From: Macrostomum lignano
Lineage: Eukaryota
Assembly: GCA_002269645.1 (NCBI GenBank)
Contig: NIVC01002748.1
Span: 16,418 to 80,417, forward strand
Direction of reading: 5' to 3'
Length of the DNA stretch: 64,000 bases
Below the pieces are notes generated by a model, which made no database searches, had not been told where the DNA came from, and saw only the letters and a list, made by a program, of their open reading frames with translations. The translations under genes and the position numbers were made by a program. Positions 1-13,800 of the stretch are shown one piece after another (the stretch's first letter is position 1; each line of letters starts with the position of its first letter).

Positions 1-368
1 GCACTGAAGTAGCACGGAGGGTATTGCTGCAGGGGCACTGAAGTAGCTCAGAGGGTATTGCTGCAGGGGCACTGAAGTATCACGGAGGGTATTGCTGCAG
101 GGGCACTGAAGTATCACGGAAAGTATTGCTGCAGGGGCACTGAAGTATCACGGAAAGTATTGCTGCAGGGGCACTGAAGTATCACGGAAAGTATTGCTGC
201 AGGGGCACTGAAGTATCACGGAAAGTATTGCTGCAGGGGCACTGAAGTATCACGGAAAGTATTGCTGCAGGGGCACTGAAGTATCACGGAGGGTAGCAGC
301 AGGGGCACTGAAGTAGCACGGAGGGTAGCAGCAGGGGCACTGAAGTATCACGGAGGGTAGCAGCAGGA
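1..368. repeat. 34-bp minisatellite (31-bp variants)
   Basis: Unit GCACTGAAGTATCACGGAAAGTATTGCTGCAGGG, about 11 copies; intronic in the FERM gene. Confidence 0.95.
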
Positions 369-449
369 CCCACGAGTTAAGACCCACACTATGTCATCAA
401 GCATTCCAGTTGATTCGATATCTCTTTTTCTCAAATTTGTTTCCGCCAG

Positions 450-3400
450 AGAACGAGTGGAAGCTGGAGTTCATGGTGAAGTTCTACCCGCCCGACCCGG
501 AGAATCTGCGGGAGAATCTCACCCGCTACTACATGGCGCTGCAGATTCGGCAGAACCTCATGGCCGAGCTGCTGCCTTGCAGTTTCATCACCTACATCAT
601 CCTGGGCAGCTACGTGCTGCAGTCTGAAGTTGGCGATTTCGATCCGTTGGACGAGAAGATGAACTCGCTGATGTACTTGAATGTAAGTCTGTAAGCGCAG
701 AGCTGACGATGAGAAAGTCAGGGCTCGCTTGATTGACTTTTTATCGAATTGCTACAGCTCATGTAGTACCTCGACATGTCAATAAACAAAGGCTCAATAA
801 GGATCTAGAACAGGGGTCAGGTAGAGAACATAGCGGATGACTGCGGGACAGAGATTTGAGAGAAGACAGCTGAGAAGAGACACAAACCCTGGGCAGACCG
901 GATTGCTATCGTGAAGTTTCCGAGGACCCAATGGCCGGATAGAGAGGCTTCGCCAACCCCTGATCTAGAATATCCCCATTTATCCGGTATTATCCCTCTC
1001 AAGATGGAAAGAGTTGGCAATTGATTTTCCTAGTTTAAACTTCGCCGCCCAGGACTGCCCGTTCTGTCCGGAGGAGTACCGAAACAACGCCGAGCTGGCC
1101 GAGCGAGTCAGCGAGCTGCACCGCACGCACCAGCGCATGACTCCGGAGGAGGCCGACCTGCACTTCCTGCGGAACGCCAAGAAGCTCGCCATGTACGGCG
1201 TCGATTTGCACGAGTCTAAGGACGCCTCTGGCGAGGAGGTCCTCCTTGGAGTTTACCACGGCGGCGTTCTGGTGTACCGCAACAACCTCCGGATTAACCG
1301 CTTCTCCTGGCCGAAGATTCTCAAAGTGTCCTACAAGGGCAGCACGCTCAAGGTGTCGATTCGCACCGGGGATAACGAGCGCGACCCCAAGTCGGAGACT
1401 CTGTTTGAGTTCAAGTGCGCCTCATCGAAGCTGGCTAAGCGACTCTGGCGGGCTGTGGTTGAGCATCACGGATTCTTCAGGTTAGCTTATTGTGCTCATG
1501 AACACAAGTTCCTACTAGTCTATTTATATCACTCTTTTTTAGAAACAATTCAATTATTGATTTAATCTTCTAATAGTATTTTTGTTTTCGAGTTGAAAAC
1601 GCATTTAACCTACTTATAGTAAGCAAGTAGCAAATAATGTTAGCAAAATTGAATGATCTTCAGATTGAAGTCCGCCGAGAAACCGCAGAAGCCGCACATT
1701 CCCGGCACCTTCAAGGGCAAGTGGGGCACCGGCATCCGGGACTCGCAGAACGACCAGTCGGGCGCCTACCAGGAGGTGCAAGTTACCCCTGACATGCGCA
1801 AGAGCTTCAAGAAGAAGGGTACGCATTGCTGCTTTTGCCGATGTTCATATCTGTCGCATTTTCAGCTCCTACGCTGACCATCAAGCAAATACATGGTAAT
1901 CTTTCTGACAAGGCAGCTACTTTTAGAGTTGGATTGGCAGAGCATCAGAGCCGGGGTGTCAGAGAGCTAGAGTGTCAGAGAGCCAGGGTGCCAGGGAGCC
2001 AGGGTGTCAGGGAGCCAGGGTGTCAGAGAGCCAGGGTGTCAGAGAGCCAGGGTGTCAGGGAGCCAGGGTGTCAGAGCCAGGGTGTCAGAGCCAGGGTGCC
2101 AGGGAGCCAGGGTATCAAAGAGCCAGGGTGTCAGAGAGCCAGGGTGCCAGGGAGCCAGAGTGTCAGGGAGCCAGGGTGTCAGAGAGCCAGGGTGTCAGAG
2201 AGCCAGGGTGTCAGAGAGCCAGGGTGTCAGAGAGCCAGGGTGTCAGAGAGCCAGAGTGTCAGAGAGCCAGGGTGTCAGAGAGCCAGGGTGTCAGAGCCAG
2301 GGTGTCAGAGCCAGGGTGTCAGAGAGCCAGGGTGTCAGAGAGCCAGGGTGTCAGGGAGCCAGGGTGTCAGAGAGCCAGGGTGTCAGAAAGCTAGAGTGTC
2401 AGAGAGCCAGGGTGCCAGGGAGCCAGGGTATCAAAGAGCCAGGGTGTCAGAGCCAGGGTGTCAAAGAGCCAGGGTGTCAGAGCCAGGGTGTCAGAGCCAG
2501 GGTGTCAGAGCCAGGGTGTCAAAGAGCCAGGGTGTCAGAGCCAGGGTGTCAGAGAGCCAGGGTGTCAGAGAGCCAGGGTGTCAGAGCCAGGGTGTCAGAG
2601 CCAGGGTGTCAAAGAGCCAGGGTGTCAAAGAGCCAGGGTGTCAGAGCCAGGGTGTCAGAGCCAGGGTGTCAAAGAGCCAGGGTGTCAGAGCCAGGGTGTC
2701 AGAGCCAGGGTGTCAAAGAGCCAGGGTGTCAGAGCCAGGGTGTCAGAGAGCCAGGGTGTCAGAGAGCCAGGATGTCAGAGAGCCAGGGTGTCAGAGAGCC
2801 AGGGTGTCAGAGCCAGGGTGTCAGAGCCAGGGTGTCAGAGCCAGGGTGTCAGAGCCAGGGTGTCAAAGAGCCAGGGTGTCAGAGCCAGGGTGTCAGAGCC
2901 AGGGTGTCAGAGAGCCAGGGTGTCAGAGCCAGGGTGTCAGAGCCAGGGTGTCAGAGCCAGGGTGTCAAAGAGCCAGGGTGTCAGAGCCAGGGTGTCAGAG
3001 CCAGGGTGTCAGAGAGCCAGGGTGTCAGAGAGCCAGGGTGTCAGCCATCAGCACTATGCAAATAGTCTAATTCTAGTAACTAACAAGTAATTTCTAAATA
3101 GCATGTGTAACGTTAAAAGCATCGATTTAAAAAGTTCTTTACGTACTTTAAAAGCACTATTTATTAATTAACTTTGATCAGCAGGCCCAGTGAATCGCTG
3201 GCACATCCACACAATTGTACTATTATTATTGCAATGCACTTTTAATTTCACTGCAGGCGGCCCTACAAAAGCTAAAGTAGACGAAGGATTCGACGGTCTG
3301 TTGATAGTTTTTAATTTAAAAAACTTGTAGAATATATTTGTAATATATTTGGATATTGCTAACCAATGCCTAACTCTGGTACTTTAATGTTTTTTTCTGT

Positions 3401-6400
3401 CTAACACACTCGCAATGGCGGTGTGGCATAATATCAATTTGGGCAATACAATTCAAGCCAGTAGTGCGAACGTCTGGACTGTTTAGTCCAGATGCTCTGT
3501 TCAAAGGTCTATGATTCTAAAAAAAGGAGAAATAGAAGTACAAACTGGTCACTTTAATTGTCATTTAAATATTTGATGTGGCATGAATTTAACTGCTATA
3601 ATATTAAGATCTGCTTGCTTCAGTAGACGAATAAATTATTAATGCCCATTGAAATTTTTTACGATAGAAGCATACGAATATTCCACAGCCTGCTATTTGT
3701 GCGATGAATTCTTTGTAAGAAACGCTTGACTGCCGTGCTTATAATTTTCAGCTTAGGCGACTACGCTATTACAAATCCGATTGATGCACTTTTCAGCCTG
3801 TGATTCTCTGCAATATATCAAGCAGTTTAGTAAGGGAGGGGTCGATTGAGGTCACACAGTGCGGGACTGTGGAGAACAGGGGTCGATTGAGGTCACACAG
3901 TGCGGGACTGAGGAGAACAGGGGTCGATTGAGGTCACACAAATGCGGGACTGAGGAGAACAGGGATCGATTGAGGTCACACAAGTGCGGGACTGAGGAGA
4001 ACAGGGGTCGATTGAGGTCACACAAGTGCGGGACGCAAAGGGTTTAACTAAGGTCACGTAGTGCGGAATGGACCAAAAGAAAAACGAAAAGGTCAGCCAA
4101 GGTCAACTCGGTGCGAAATCTTTAAGAGAGAAAGGTCAATCAGTTCGGCGTTCGGATATCCGGGGACTAATGAATGAGCTTTAGTTTAACTGTCTCAAAC
4201 AGTTTCTATTAAAATTGTTAAAACAAAATCAAAACATTTTCAAATCATCATTCGCGCAGACGACGCCTACAACCGTGAGGCTCGAACGGGCGCCGGCGGC
4301 GCTGGCACCTCGGGCTTGACCAACGACGACACCTACGCGATGTCCAACCGACAGGGCGCCGGCATGGGCGCGCCGCTGCTGCCGCCGGTGAACCGACGAG
4401 AGCAGTACGACCGCCGGCCCGAGCTGGACGTTGACAGACCGATTCGCTGGCAGATGAATCCATCAGACGCCGACCCCTACCTGGCCGCTGGCATGGACCC
4501 CGTGCGCTGCGCCGGCGCCTGCCCGGCCGGGGTTCGCGACTGGCAGGGCTGCCGGGCGGACCGCGGCATCCGGGCCTCGGCTGGCGGCAAGTGGTACTAC
4601 GAGACCGCTGTGCGGGGAGACGGGCCCTCCGACCAGCCGGTGGAGGCGCGGGTCGGCTGGGCGGACGGCAACGCCGATCTCAACCTCGGACGGGTGAGAC
4701 GAGCAGCCAGGATGGGATGAGAGGAACCAATTAGGGGACTACAAGGGTGTGGAGGGATGTACTCGTAGATAGGAGCGGAGAGGTGTAGATAGGAGCGGGG
4801 AGGTGTAGATAGGAGCGGGGAGGTGTAGATAGGAGCGGGGAGGTGTAGATAGGAGCGGGGAGGTGTAGATAGGAGCGGGGAGGTGTAGATAGGAGCGGAG
4901 AGGTGTAGATAGGAGCGAGAGGAGAGGTGTAGAGAAGAGTGGATAATAGAAAATCAGCCAATGCCTTCCTCCCGCCCCCGCCCCCAGGACAACCACGGCT
5001 GCGGTTTTGGCACCGACCCGGCCGGCCGACACGCCCAGAAGATGCTAGATGGAGTCTCCGAGCAATACGGCGTCCAGCTGATGACTGGTGACATAGTCGG
5101 TGCCTACCTGGACCTCGACAACGGCACCGTCACCTACGCGGTCAACGGCAAAGAGCTAGGGCCCGCGCACCAGCTGCCAGCCGACTTCTTTACTCCGACA
5201 GGCACTGCTGGCGGTAACAGGAAGTCCCGTGGTGGCGACGGTCCCCCCGGCGGCCCGCAGGCTGTTTATCCGGCCGCCTGCCTTCGCGATGGCGCCGCAG
5301 CTGACTGGAACTTTGGCGACGATCCGTCCAGACCGCTCGCCTATCCGCCCGGCGGAGCCTGGCGTCCGGTGGGCCTGGCGCTCGCCAACCAGACTTCGGA
5401 AAATCCACGCAGCTGGCGGTTAAACCCGCACGACACCAGCGGGCCGGGCCTGCAACTGGGACCCGACCAGCTGTCCGCGCAGGGCCAGCTGGGCTTTGGT
5501 TGGCAGGGCGTTCGGGCCAACAAGGTGAGTACAGCTTCCTGTGATAATGTGTGCGCTTCTGTATCCTTTAGGAGTAGCGGCTGTCTGTGGAAGAATCCAT
5601 TGGAAGTAGCGGCTGTCTGTGGAAGAATCCATTGGAAGTAGCGGCTGTTTGTGGAAGAATCCATTGGAAGTAGCGGCTGTCTGTGGAAGAATCCATTGGA
5701 AGTAGCGGCTGTTTGTGGAAGAATCCATTGGAAGTAGCGGTTGCCTGTGGAAGAATCCATTGGAAGTAGCGGCTGTTTGTGGAAGAATCCATTGGAAGTA
5801 GCGGTTGCCTGTGGAAGAATCCATTGGAAGTAGCGGTTGCCTGTGGAAGAATCCATTGGAAGTAGTGGCTGCCTGTGGAAGAATCCATTGGAAGTAGCGG
5901 CTGCCTGTGGAAGAATCCATTGGAAGTAGCGGCTGCCTGTGGAAGAATCCATTGGAAGTAGCGGCTGCCTGTGGAAGAATCCATTGGAAGGAGCGGTTGC
6001 CTGTGGAAGAATCCATTGGAAGTAGCGGCTGTCTGTGGAAGAATCCATTGGAAGGAGCGGCTGCCTGTGGAAGAATCCATTGGAAGTAACGGCTGCCTGT
6101 GGAAGAATCCACTGGAAGTAGCGGCTGCCTGTGGAAGAATCCATTGGAAGTAGCGGCTGCCTGTGGAAGAATCCATTGGAAGTAGCGGCTGCCTGTGGAA
6201 GAATCCATTGGAAGTAGCGGCTGCCTAAGATTAAAAACCCAGGCAGTGCCTAAGGCACTTGGCCCAAAACAAGTTTATTTGTTTAAAATCAATTACGGGT
6301 TCGGCGTAGATAAGAAAGGAGGGGTGGAGTGCGGGACTGAGAAAGGGGGTAAAATTGAAGAGCCAATCAGAAAGCTGCGCAAGAGAGAGAGAACCAGATT

Positions 6401-9400
6401 GAACTAGACTAAGAGAGAACAGTAAACGAGTTGAATAGATGACTAAGAAAGTCGCTGCAACACCAACACTTCCAGGGCCTGAAAGGCAGCGAGGGCGGCC
6501 GGTTCTACTGGGAGGCGGAGCCCCTGGAGTCCGGCGGCCTCGGCCGTGTCGGCTGGACCACCGAGTCCGGCTTGCTGGACGTCGGGCGCGACGCCAACGG
6601 CTGGGGCTACGGCGCCGACCACGAAGGCTTCGGCCTGGCCGGCAACCAGGGCAAGAAGCTATTCGACGACGAGATCGAAGCCTACGGCGAGCCCTACGCC
6701 AAAGGCGACGTCATTGGCTGTTTTTTCGATTTCAACAATGGCGAACTGCAGTTCGCTAAGAACGGCCAGCCGTTCGGACCGGCCTACAGTCTGCAGCAGG
6801 ACATGCTCGAGCGCGAGTCCTTCTTCCCAACTGTTGCCATGCGAGACCAGACGTTGGACGTGAATCTTGGACAGCGGCCGTTCCGTTATCCACCTGGTCC
6901 GGACTGGACGCCTGTCTGCCTGGCGCCCGAGTCTTCCATCCAGCCGAGTAGCAGGGCCGGCATTATGGAGGTTCGGATGATGCAACATCATTTTCTTGCA
7001 TTCTCGCTCATAGCAGGGGCCGGCGTAGCTAGAGAGGGGCAGGGGACGGCACCCCCTCTTCTAATAGGCTGACAAAATCTGGGGCGCCCCCTTTACAGTA
7101 GCTGTGGCGCCACTGGTGCTGCTGGCGCGCCTGGTGCTGCTGGCGCCACTGGAGGTGCTGGCGCCCCTGGTGCTGCTGGCGCCACTGGTGCTTCTGGCGC
7201 CACTGGTGCTGCTGGCGCGCCTGGTGCTGCTGGCGCCACTGGAGGTGCTGGCGCCCCTGGTGCTGCTGGCGCTACTGGTGCTGCTGGCGCGCCTAGTGCT
7301 GCTGGCGCCACTGGTGCTCTGGTGCTAGCCTCATCGATGACACCCCCTCCCCAATGATTGCGCCCTAAAGATGCACCTCACAGAAGCGATCCAATGAAGA
7401 AAACGTGACTACGCCCGTAACTCGTATTAGAGCAGAAGCATAACATTGATCTCGCAAGCAGTTCAATATTAATTTGATTCAAGCTAGGGGACGAATTCAC
7501 AATTCACTCAATGGCATAACGATTTTCCAGCGCAAGCCAAAAAAACGAGGCTTCAAATACGCCGACCCGAACTCGATCCGGGACAGCCTCGCCAAACGGG
7601 TTTGGGGCGCGAATTGTTTTTTAGACTCCTTTCTAAATCTAAGCACAGAACTGCATGCTTAATAATTGTTGCACTTTCTTTTCGGTTGCTTTACTGTTTT
7701 TTACTCGGAGTACGTCTGGAATTATAGCTTATTGGCTTCAAGCTCGACATCGGTTTGCATTTTATCAAATATTTATCCTTGTCGCCGCCTTTTGTCCCCC
7801 TGCATGCCAATCGTTGCCTCTTATGCTAGCTTGTAATGAAACTATTTCCACATTTTTTCCACTAGTTGGTGCAAACATAGAAAAAACACAGTAACAGTAT
7901 ACATGCAAACAGGCACTGGTTAGCTCGTAAAGAAAATCAAGAAAGCTCAAAGAAAACTACTGAAAAAATGATTTAGTGATTGATTAATCGAACACGCACA
8001 CTGCTAACTAGTGGTGAACTAGCCTGATCCAACATCATTTCCCTACTCAAGTCTCGCTGAAACACCAACCCATCTTTATGTAAGGTAACTTCCTCACTTC
8101 CAAGGCTCGCTATGACACCCACCCCACTCCATTTCCTTACCCCTCGACTCGCTTTAACAAACACCTCACTCCCCCCAAGCCTCGCTGAGACACCCACCCC
8201 ACTCCATTTCCTTACCCCTCGACTCGCTTTAACAAACACCTCACTCCCCCAAGCCTCGCTGAGACACCCACCCCACTCCATTTCCTTACCCCTCGACTCG
8301 CTTTAACAAACACCTCACTCCGCCCAAGCCTCGCTGAGACACCCACCCCACTCCATTTCCTTACCCCTCGACTCGCTTTAACAAACACCGCACTCCGCCC
8401 AAGCCTCGCTGAGACACCCACCCCACTCCATTTCCTTACCCCTCGACTCGCTTTAACAAACACCGCACTCCGCCCAAGCCTCGCTGAGACACCCACCCCA
8501 CTCCATTTCCTTACCCCTCAAGACTGGCTATGACACACATGATTTCTTTAGCACTTCATTTCACGTATGCTTTTATGCTTTTCATTTTCTTTGTTTTCTT
8601 TGAACTGCACAATAATTTATCCAACTCTATTGTATTTTTAAAATATGCTGACTACTCACTCTTCTTGCTCAATTTTTCAACTATTGCGCAGGCCTCCAAC
8701 CTACCGGCGGTTGACCAGAAATACGACATGATCAGGGAGAACAAGCCCCAGATCCGAGCTCCCAGCCCCAAGCCAAGGGGCAACGCTGGCGGCCCAGAGG
8801 GTCAGTCGGTCACGGTTCTGGAGAGTCGCACCGAGGTCAGTTGCTTTGAATTTCCCTATTTAAATTCCATTTAGGAAAACTAAGGTTAGTTCTGAGTTAG
8901 CTATTCTGTTGTTCAACTATGATTGTCTTTATATTCACCGAAAGGACGTTGAAAAAGTTGAATCTCAGCGGCGGCAGCAACAAGCGGATGCGACTCGGAA
9001 GCAGCAGAATGAGGAGCTTAGTGTCACTACTGTAAATAGGCGATTGTGAATTTTGAAATCTTCTTTAAAAAAAACGTATAAAACAGAAAATTCTTATTAA
9101 TATTTATGTTTACACGAGTATGACATGCATGTTTTTGCATGCATTTGATATATGACCATAAACATAAACATAAACTTAAGTATGCCATTGCAACACGGAT
9201 ATAGATTACAGTTAACGAAATGGCAGTGTTAATCAATATTTTTAACTGAAAGAAATGGGCAGTTCTATCAATTCAGATATTCTCATCTGGTTTACAGCTA
9301 GATATTCTCATGCTGCCTTTGACCAAGCATTAAGTTTTTTACACCAGTGCATTATGCTGTAAACCAAATAGCAATATCCTTTTCTAAATGGAGATTCGAT

Positions 9401-10997
9401 AAAATGCATGTCACTGGTTTTGTAGTGGCGCATATGTTCCATATTATCTTACTCATTCTGTTTTTTTATCCATATTGGCTAGAAACCTGTCTATCGGTTC
9501 GTCCATGTTGACTAGATTAGCAATCCATTCTATTCCTGCACCCATGTATTGGCTAGATTAGCAATCCACTGCCATCCTATCGCAGAGCGAGCAAGTCGGC
9601 GAGCCCGAGGAGGAAATAGTGACGTACGTTGACGAGCACGGCAACACTGTCACGAAGAAGATTGTGCGCAGCAAGAAGACCCGCCAGGTGATCACCAGCA
9701 AGGTGATTGAGACGCGCGGCCCGGCAGTGCCGGAAGGCGACGCCGCCTCGTCTGAGCATTTGGAGAAGTCGGTGAGTGCAGTAAGATACTGTAAACGTGA
9801 GTGAGTCCGGTTAAGTGTTCAGGTGATAGAAGCCGCCTTCTAAACGGCGCAGGTGATAAGACCCATTTACCGAATGGCCCAGGTGATGATAAATGCCTTC
9901 AAATGGCCCAGGCGATAAGAGTCACCCATCAGGTGGCCCAGACCCCAGGTGACAAAGGAGCCTTGAAACTTGCTCGAAATTAAGCTTTTTAAATTGGCTT
10001 CAACTCATCGCAAATCTCCAATTCGGCAGATCAAGTCTGGCGCATCCAAGCTGACCCGCAAGGAGACTCGCACAGGCCGGCGCAATCCGGCCATCTACGA
10101 GGAGGGCGGCGAAGAGGACGATGTAAGATTTCATGCGCGGATACGTGGGGCAACCGTGTTCAACCCCTCCTTCACAAGCGGGTCAATCCAGGGCTTCAGG
10201 CTGTTCATTGTTGATTGAATAGCTTAACAGACTGACCTTAATAAATTTCTAGGTATCTTAAGAGTAGTACAAAATATTCTTTACTGTGTTCTTATCCTTT
10301 ATAACACCACAATACACCACGATTCGCTCCAAGACTAAAGATTCTTTATCTGTCTTGATTGTGGCTCGACGAGGGTGAGAAAAGTGGAGCGTCTCCGCAC
10401 GGCTAGTGGGTTGGAAAATGGAGTGAGGTGGGTATTGCAGCGCGGCTAGTGGGTTAAAAAATGGAGTGAGGTGGGTGTCGCAGCGCGGCTAGTAGGTGTA
10501 GGAAATGGAGTGAGGTGGGTGTCGCAGCGCGGCTAGTGGGTGTAGGAAATGGAGTGAGGTGGGTGTCGCGGCGCGGCTAGTGGGTTAGAAAATGGAGTGA
10601 GGGAGGCGTCGCTGCGCGGCAAAGCTTTTTATGTCTGCTAGACTGTTGTCTTTATTTAATCAAATCATTGCTGATTGGTAAGAATCCAAGGCAATATGAA
10701 TAGCTTTTGTATTGGTCTTTCTACGAGCTATGTCTAGAAGGGGACCTACATGAACTTAGTTAAATGACTATGAATGGTAGATTTTTTTAAAGGATTTGAG
10801 AAAGCTAATTTATTAGTTCCACTTCTATTGAAACTCATCCACTTTAACTCATTTTTTTCCAGATTCTAAACGACATTATCTTCGAGCAGACCGGCCTAAG
10901 CCGAAAAGACAAAATCATGGACGAGAATGTGAACGATTTCAGCATGTCCACCATCGATTCCAGGAAATCGCCTCCGAAGCATGAGAGCGAAATCTAG
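450..10997 (+). CDS. EPB41L: Band 4.1/coracle-like FERM protein with two tandem DDX1-type SPRY domains (5'-partial, multi-exon)
   Basis: Phase-compatible GT-AG exons: 450-682, 1053-1480, 1664-1818, 3257-3295, 4260-4693, 4988-5524, 6476-6970, 8692-8835, 8945-9031, 9586-9771, 10030-10122, 10863-10997 (TAG); about 987 aa visible. FERM motifs VKFYPPDP..L....[66 protein letters not shown] match the protein 4.1 subfamily. SPRY1 spans exons 4260-5524 and SPRY2 spans 5400-6970. The C-terminus ends ..HESEI*, loosely like the 4.1 ..HQETEI end. The small exons at 3257 and 8945 are less certain. Confidence 0.9.
1946..3044. repeat. 14/16-bp minisatellite
   Basis: (GA)GAGCCAGGGTGTCA units; FERM intron. 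Confidence 0.95.
3833..4033. repeat. 41-42-bp minisatellite
   Basis: GGGGTCGATTGAGGTCACACA(A)GTGCGGGACTGAGGAGAACA, about 5 copies. Confidence 0.9.
4763..4935. repeat. 20-bp minisatellite
   Basis: AGGTGTAGATAGGAGCGGGG, about 8 copies, in the intron that splits SPRY1. Confidence 0.9.
5572..6225. repeat. 32-bp minisatellite
   Basis: GTGGAAGAATCCATTGGAAGTAGCGGCTGCCT, about 20 copies, in the intron that splits SPRY2. Confidence 0.95.
7020..7416. mobile_element. Possible GC-rich MITE hosting an 18-bp minisatellite
   Basis: GGCGTAG at 7022 is the inverse of CTACGCC at about 7409-7415. Internal GGGGCGCCCC motifs. TIR match is short and no TSD was confirmed. Confidence 0.3.
7105..7325. repeat. 18-bp GC-rich minisatellite
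   Basis: GGCGCCACTGGTGCTGCT, about 12 copies. Confidence 0.9.
8112..8520. repeat. 75-bp minisatellite
   Basis: Contains GACACCCACCCCACTCCATTTCCTTACCC; about 5.5 copies; reverse-complement relative of the 10395 and 11281 arrays. Confidence 0.9.
10395..10620. repeat. 43-44-bp minisatellite (last FERM intron)
   Basis: AAATGGAGTGAGGTGGGTGTCGCAGCGCGGCTAGTGGGTGTAGG, about 5 copies. Confidence 0.9.
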
Positions 10998-11280
10998 AAG
11001 CGGTTCTTGCTCTCCCCCTTTGTCCGGTCCTAAATGCGTGTCGCACTAGTTACGAAATATTAACAAAAAGATTTCTTGCAGCCATTGAATACTTCTGACC
11101 AGCCATTGACAACTGCCTTTTTATATTTCTATGGATTAGTAATATATAGGCTGCGGTTACTCTAACTAGCTCGTGTATTTTGGGAATGAAGGCCAGGATT
11201 ATTTGAGCTCAAACGTGTAGTAAATTTAAAAGCCTGCAAAAATGAAGTATATGTCATATAATGGCTAGATGCGAGTGAGA

Positions 11281-11820
11281 CAAATGGAGTGAGGTAGGTG
11301 TCGCAACGCGGCTACTGGATAAGGAAATGGAGTGAGGTAGGTGTCGCAACGCGGCTACTGGATAAGGAAATGGAGTGAGGTGGGTGTCGCAGCGCGGCTA
11401 GTGGGTAAGGAAATGGAGTGAGGTGGGTGTCGCAGCGCGGCTAGTGGGTGTAGGAAAATGAGTGAGGTGGGTGTCGCAACGCGGCTACTGGATAAGGAAA
11501 TGGAGTGAGGTGGGTGTCGCAGCGCGGCTAGTGGGTGTAGGAAAAGGAGTGAGGTGGGTGTCGCAACGCGGCTACTGGATAAGGAAATGGAGTGAGGTGG
11601 GTGTCGCAGCGCGGCTAGTGGGTGTAGGAAAATGAGTGAGGTGGGTGTCGCAACGCGGCTACTGGATAAGGAAATGGAGTGAGGTGGGTGTCGCAGCGCG
11701 GCTAGTGGGTGTAGGAAATGGAGTGAGGTGGGTGTCGCAGCGCGGCTAGTGGGTGTAGGAAATGGAGTGAGGTGGGTGTCGCAGCGCGGCTAGTGGGTAA
11801 GGATATGGATTGAGGAGGGT
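11281..11820. repeat. 43-44-bp minisatellite (same family, downstream of the FERM stop)
   Basis: Same unit as 10395-10620, about 12 copies. Confidence 0.9.
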
Positions 11821-12824
11821 GTAACCATTTAATGACTGTTGTTCAACACTGTAAATTAGAAATATCATCGTCAAGCCCTTTTATCTAGTGTTTTATTCAT
11901 CAGCCAAACATTCTCTTCCCAAAGCGTGCCTCTGTTTCCCTATTGCCTTTTTAGTGCTAATTTTTTTAGAATTTTGGATAAAAGCCTTCGATGCACCTGC
12001 TTGTATCCATCAAGATTTTGTAAGAACATCCTGCCCGCTGAATATGAGCTAGAAAAGCTATTTTGCGTGCTTGGTTAGAAATTTTTGCCCAATATTTACT
12101 GCAGCCATTTTTGCATGCTTTTAAATTAATTGAAAACGGAACGGCCTTTTGTTGAATCGATTTAAGTTTTATTTCGACTGTATTTTTGTGATTGTTAAAA
12201 GTTAAAACAATTTTTATTATTATTTAACATTTCCATTACTGTACACTCATTACAAGGTGCTAAATTTATTCTAAAGGTGATTTTAAAGTCATATAAAACG
12301 AAAAGCTTATTTAAGTGATCTTCTAATTCGTCGCTATCGTTCTGATCTATGTAGTAATAATAAATGCTAAACATAGGCTGCCAGTAGTGTATGACGGCAC
12401 TATAAGCAGTGTGACTTTTTTAGTCATGCAGCCCGACCGCTGATCAATGCTGCTTGTAAATTGCTGCCTAATTTAACAGTTACTCTATTGATTCAATACA
12501 GACCCTCATATCATGGCGTTGAAAAAAGCTGAAATTCTTATAATTGTTTTAATTGCAAATTTCATCTTTGTGTCACTAGCCGCGATTTTTCTGAAAATGC
12601 CTGCTTACTGAGTGAGAAATACACTACTACTGCTACTATTAGTAACTGAGCGTGTATGCATACTGTATGTCTAAAGAATTAAGTTAAATAAATTACAACC
12701 GAAAAATAGCAGGCAATACACCCTATGCTTTTTTGCCTGGAGCTCAGCTTTGCTACCCGGTCGCGGGACTGCGCGCCTCCGTGCTGATGCAAATATAATT
12801 AACCCGGCCTCTGTTTTTCTTATT

Positions 12825-13800
<976 letters not shown>

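Noticed and set aside
1826-3090. Long ORFs (414, 353, 210 aa) of ARVSEPGCQ repeats
   Set aside because: They are stop-free translations of an intronic 14/16-bp minisatellite, open in several frames. The same applies to the ORFs over arrays at 5.3-6.2, 12.7-13.9, 18.8-20.5, 25.3-26.4, 28.1-29.0, 33.3-34.5, 38.8-42.2, 58-59 and 60.4-61.3 kb.
5572-6225. CRISPR-like direct repeats (32 bp; also the 34-bp arrays)
   Set aside because: Units are head-to-tail with no unique spacers, there are no cas genes, and the context is a eukaryotic intron.
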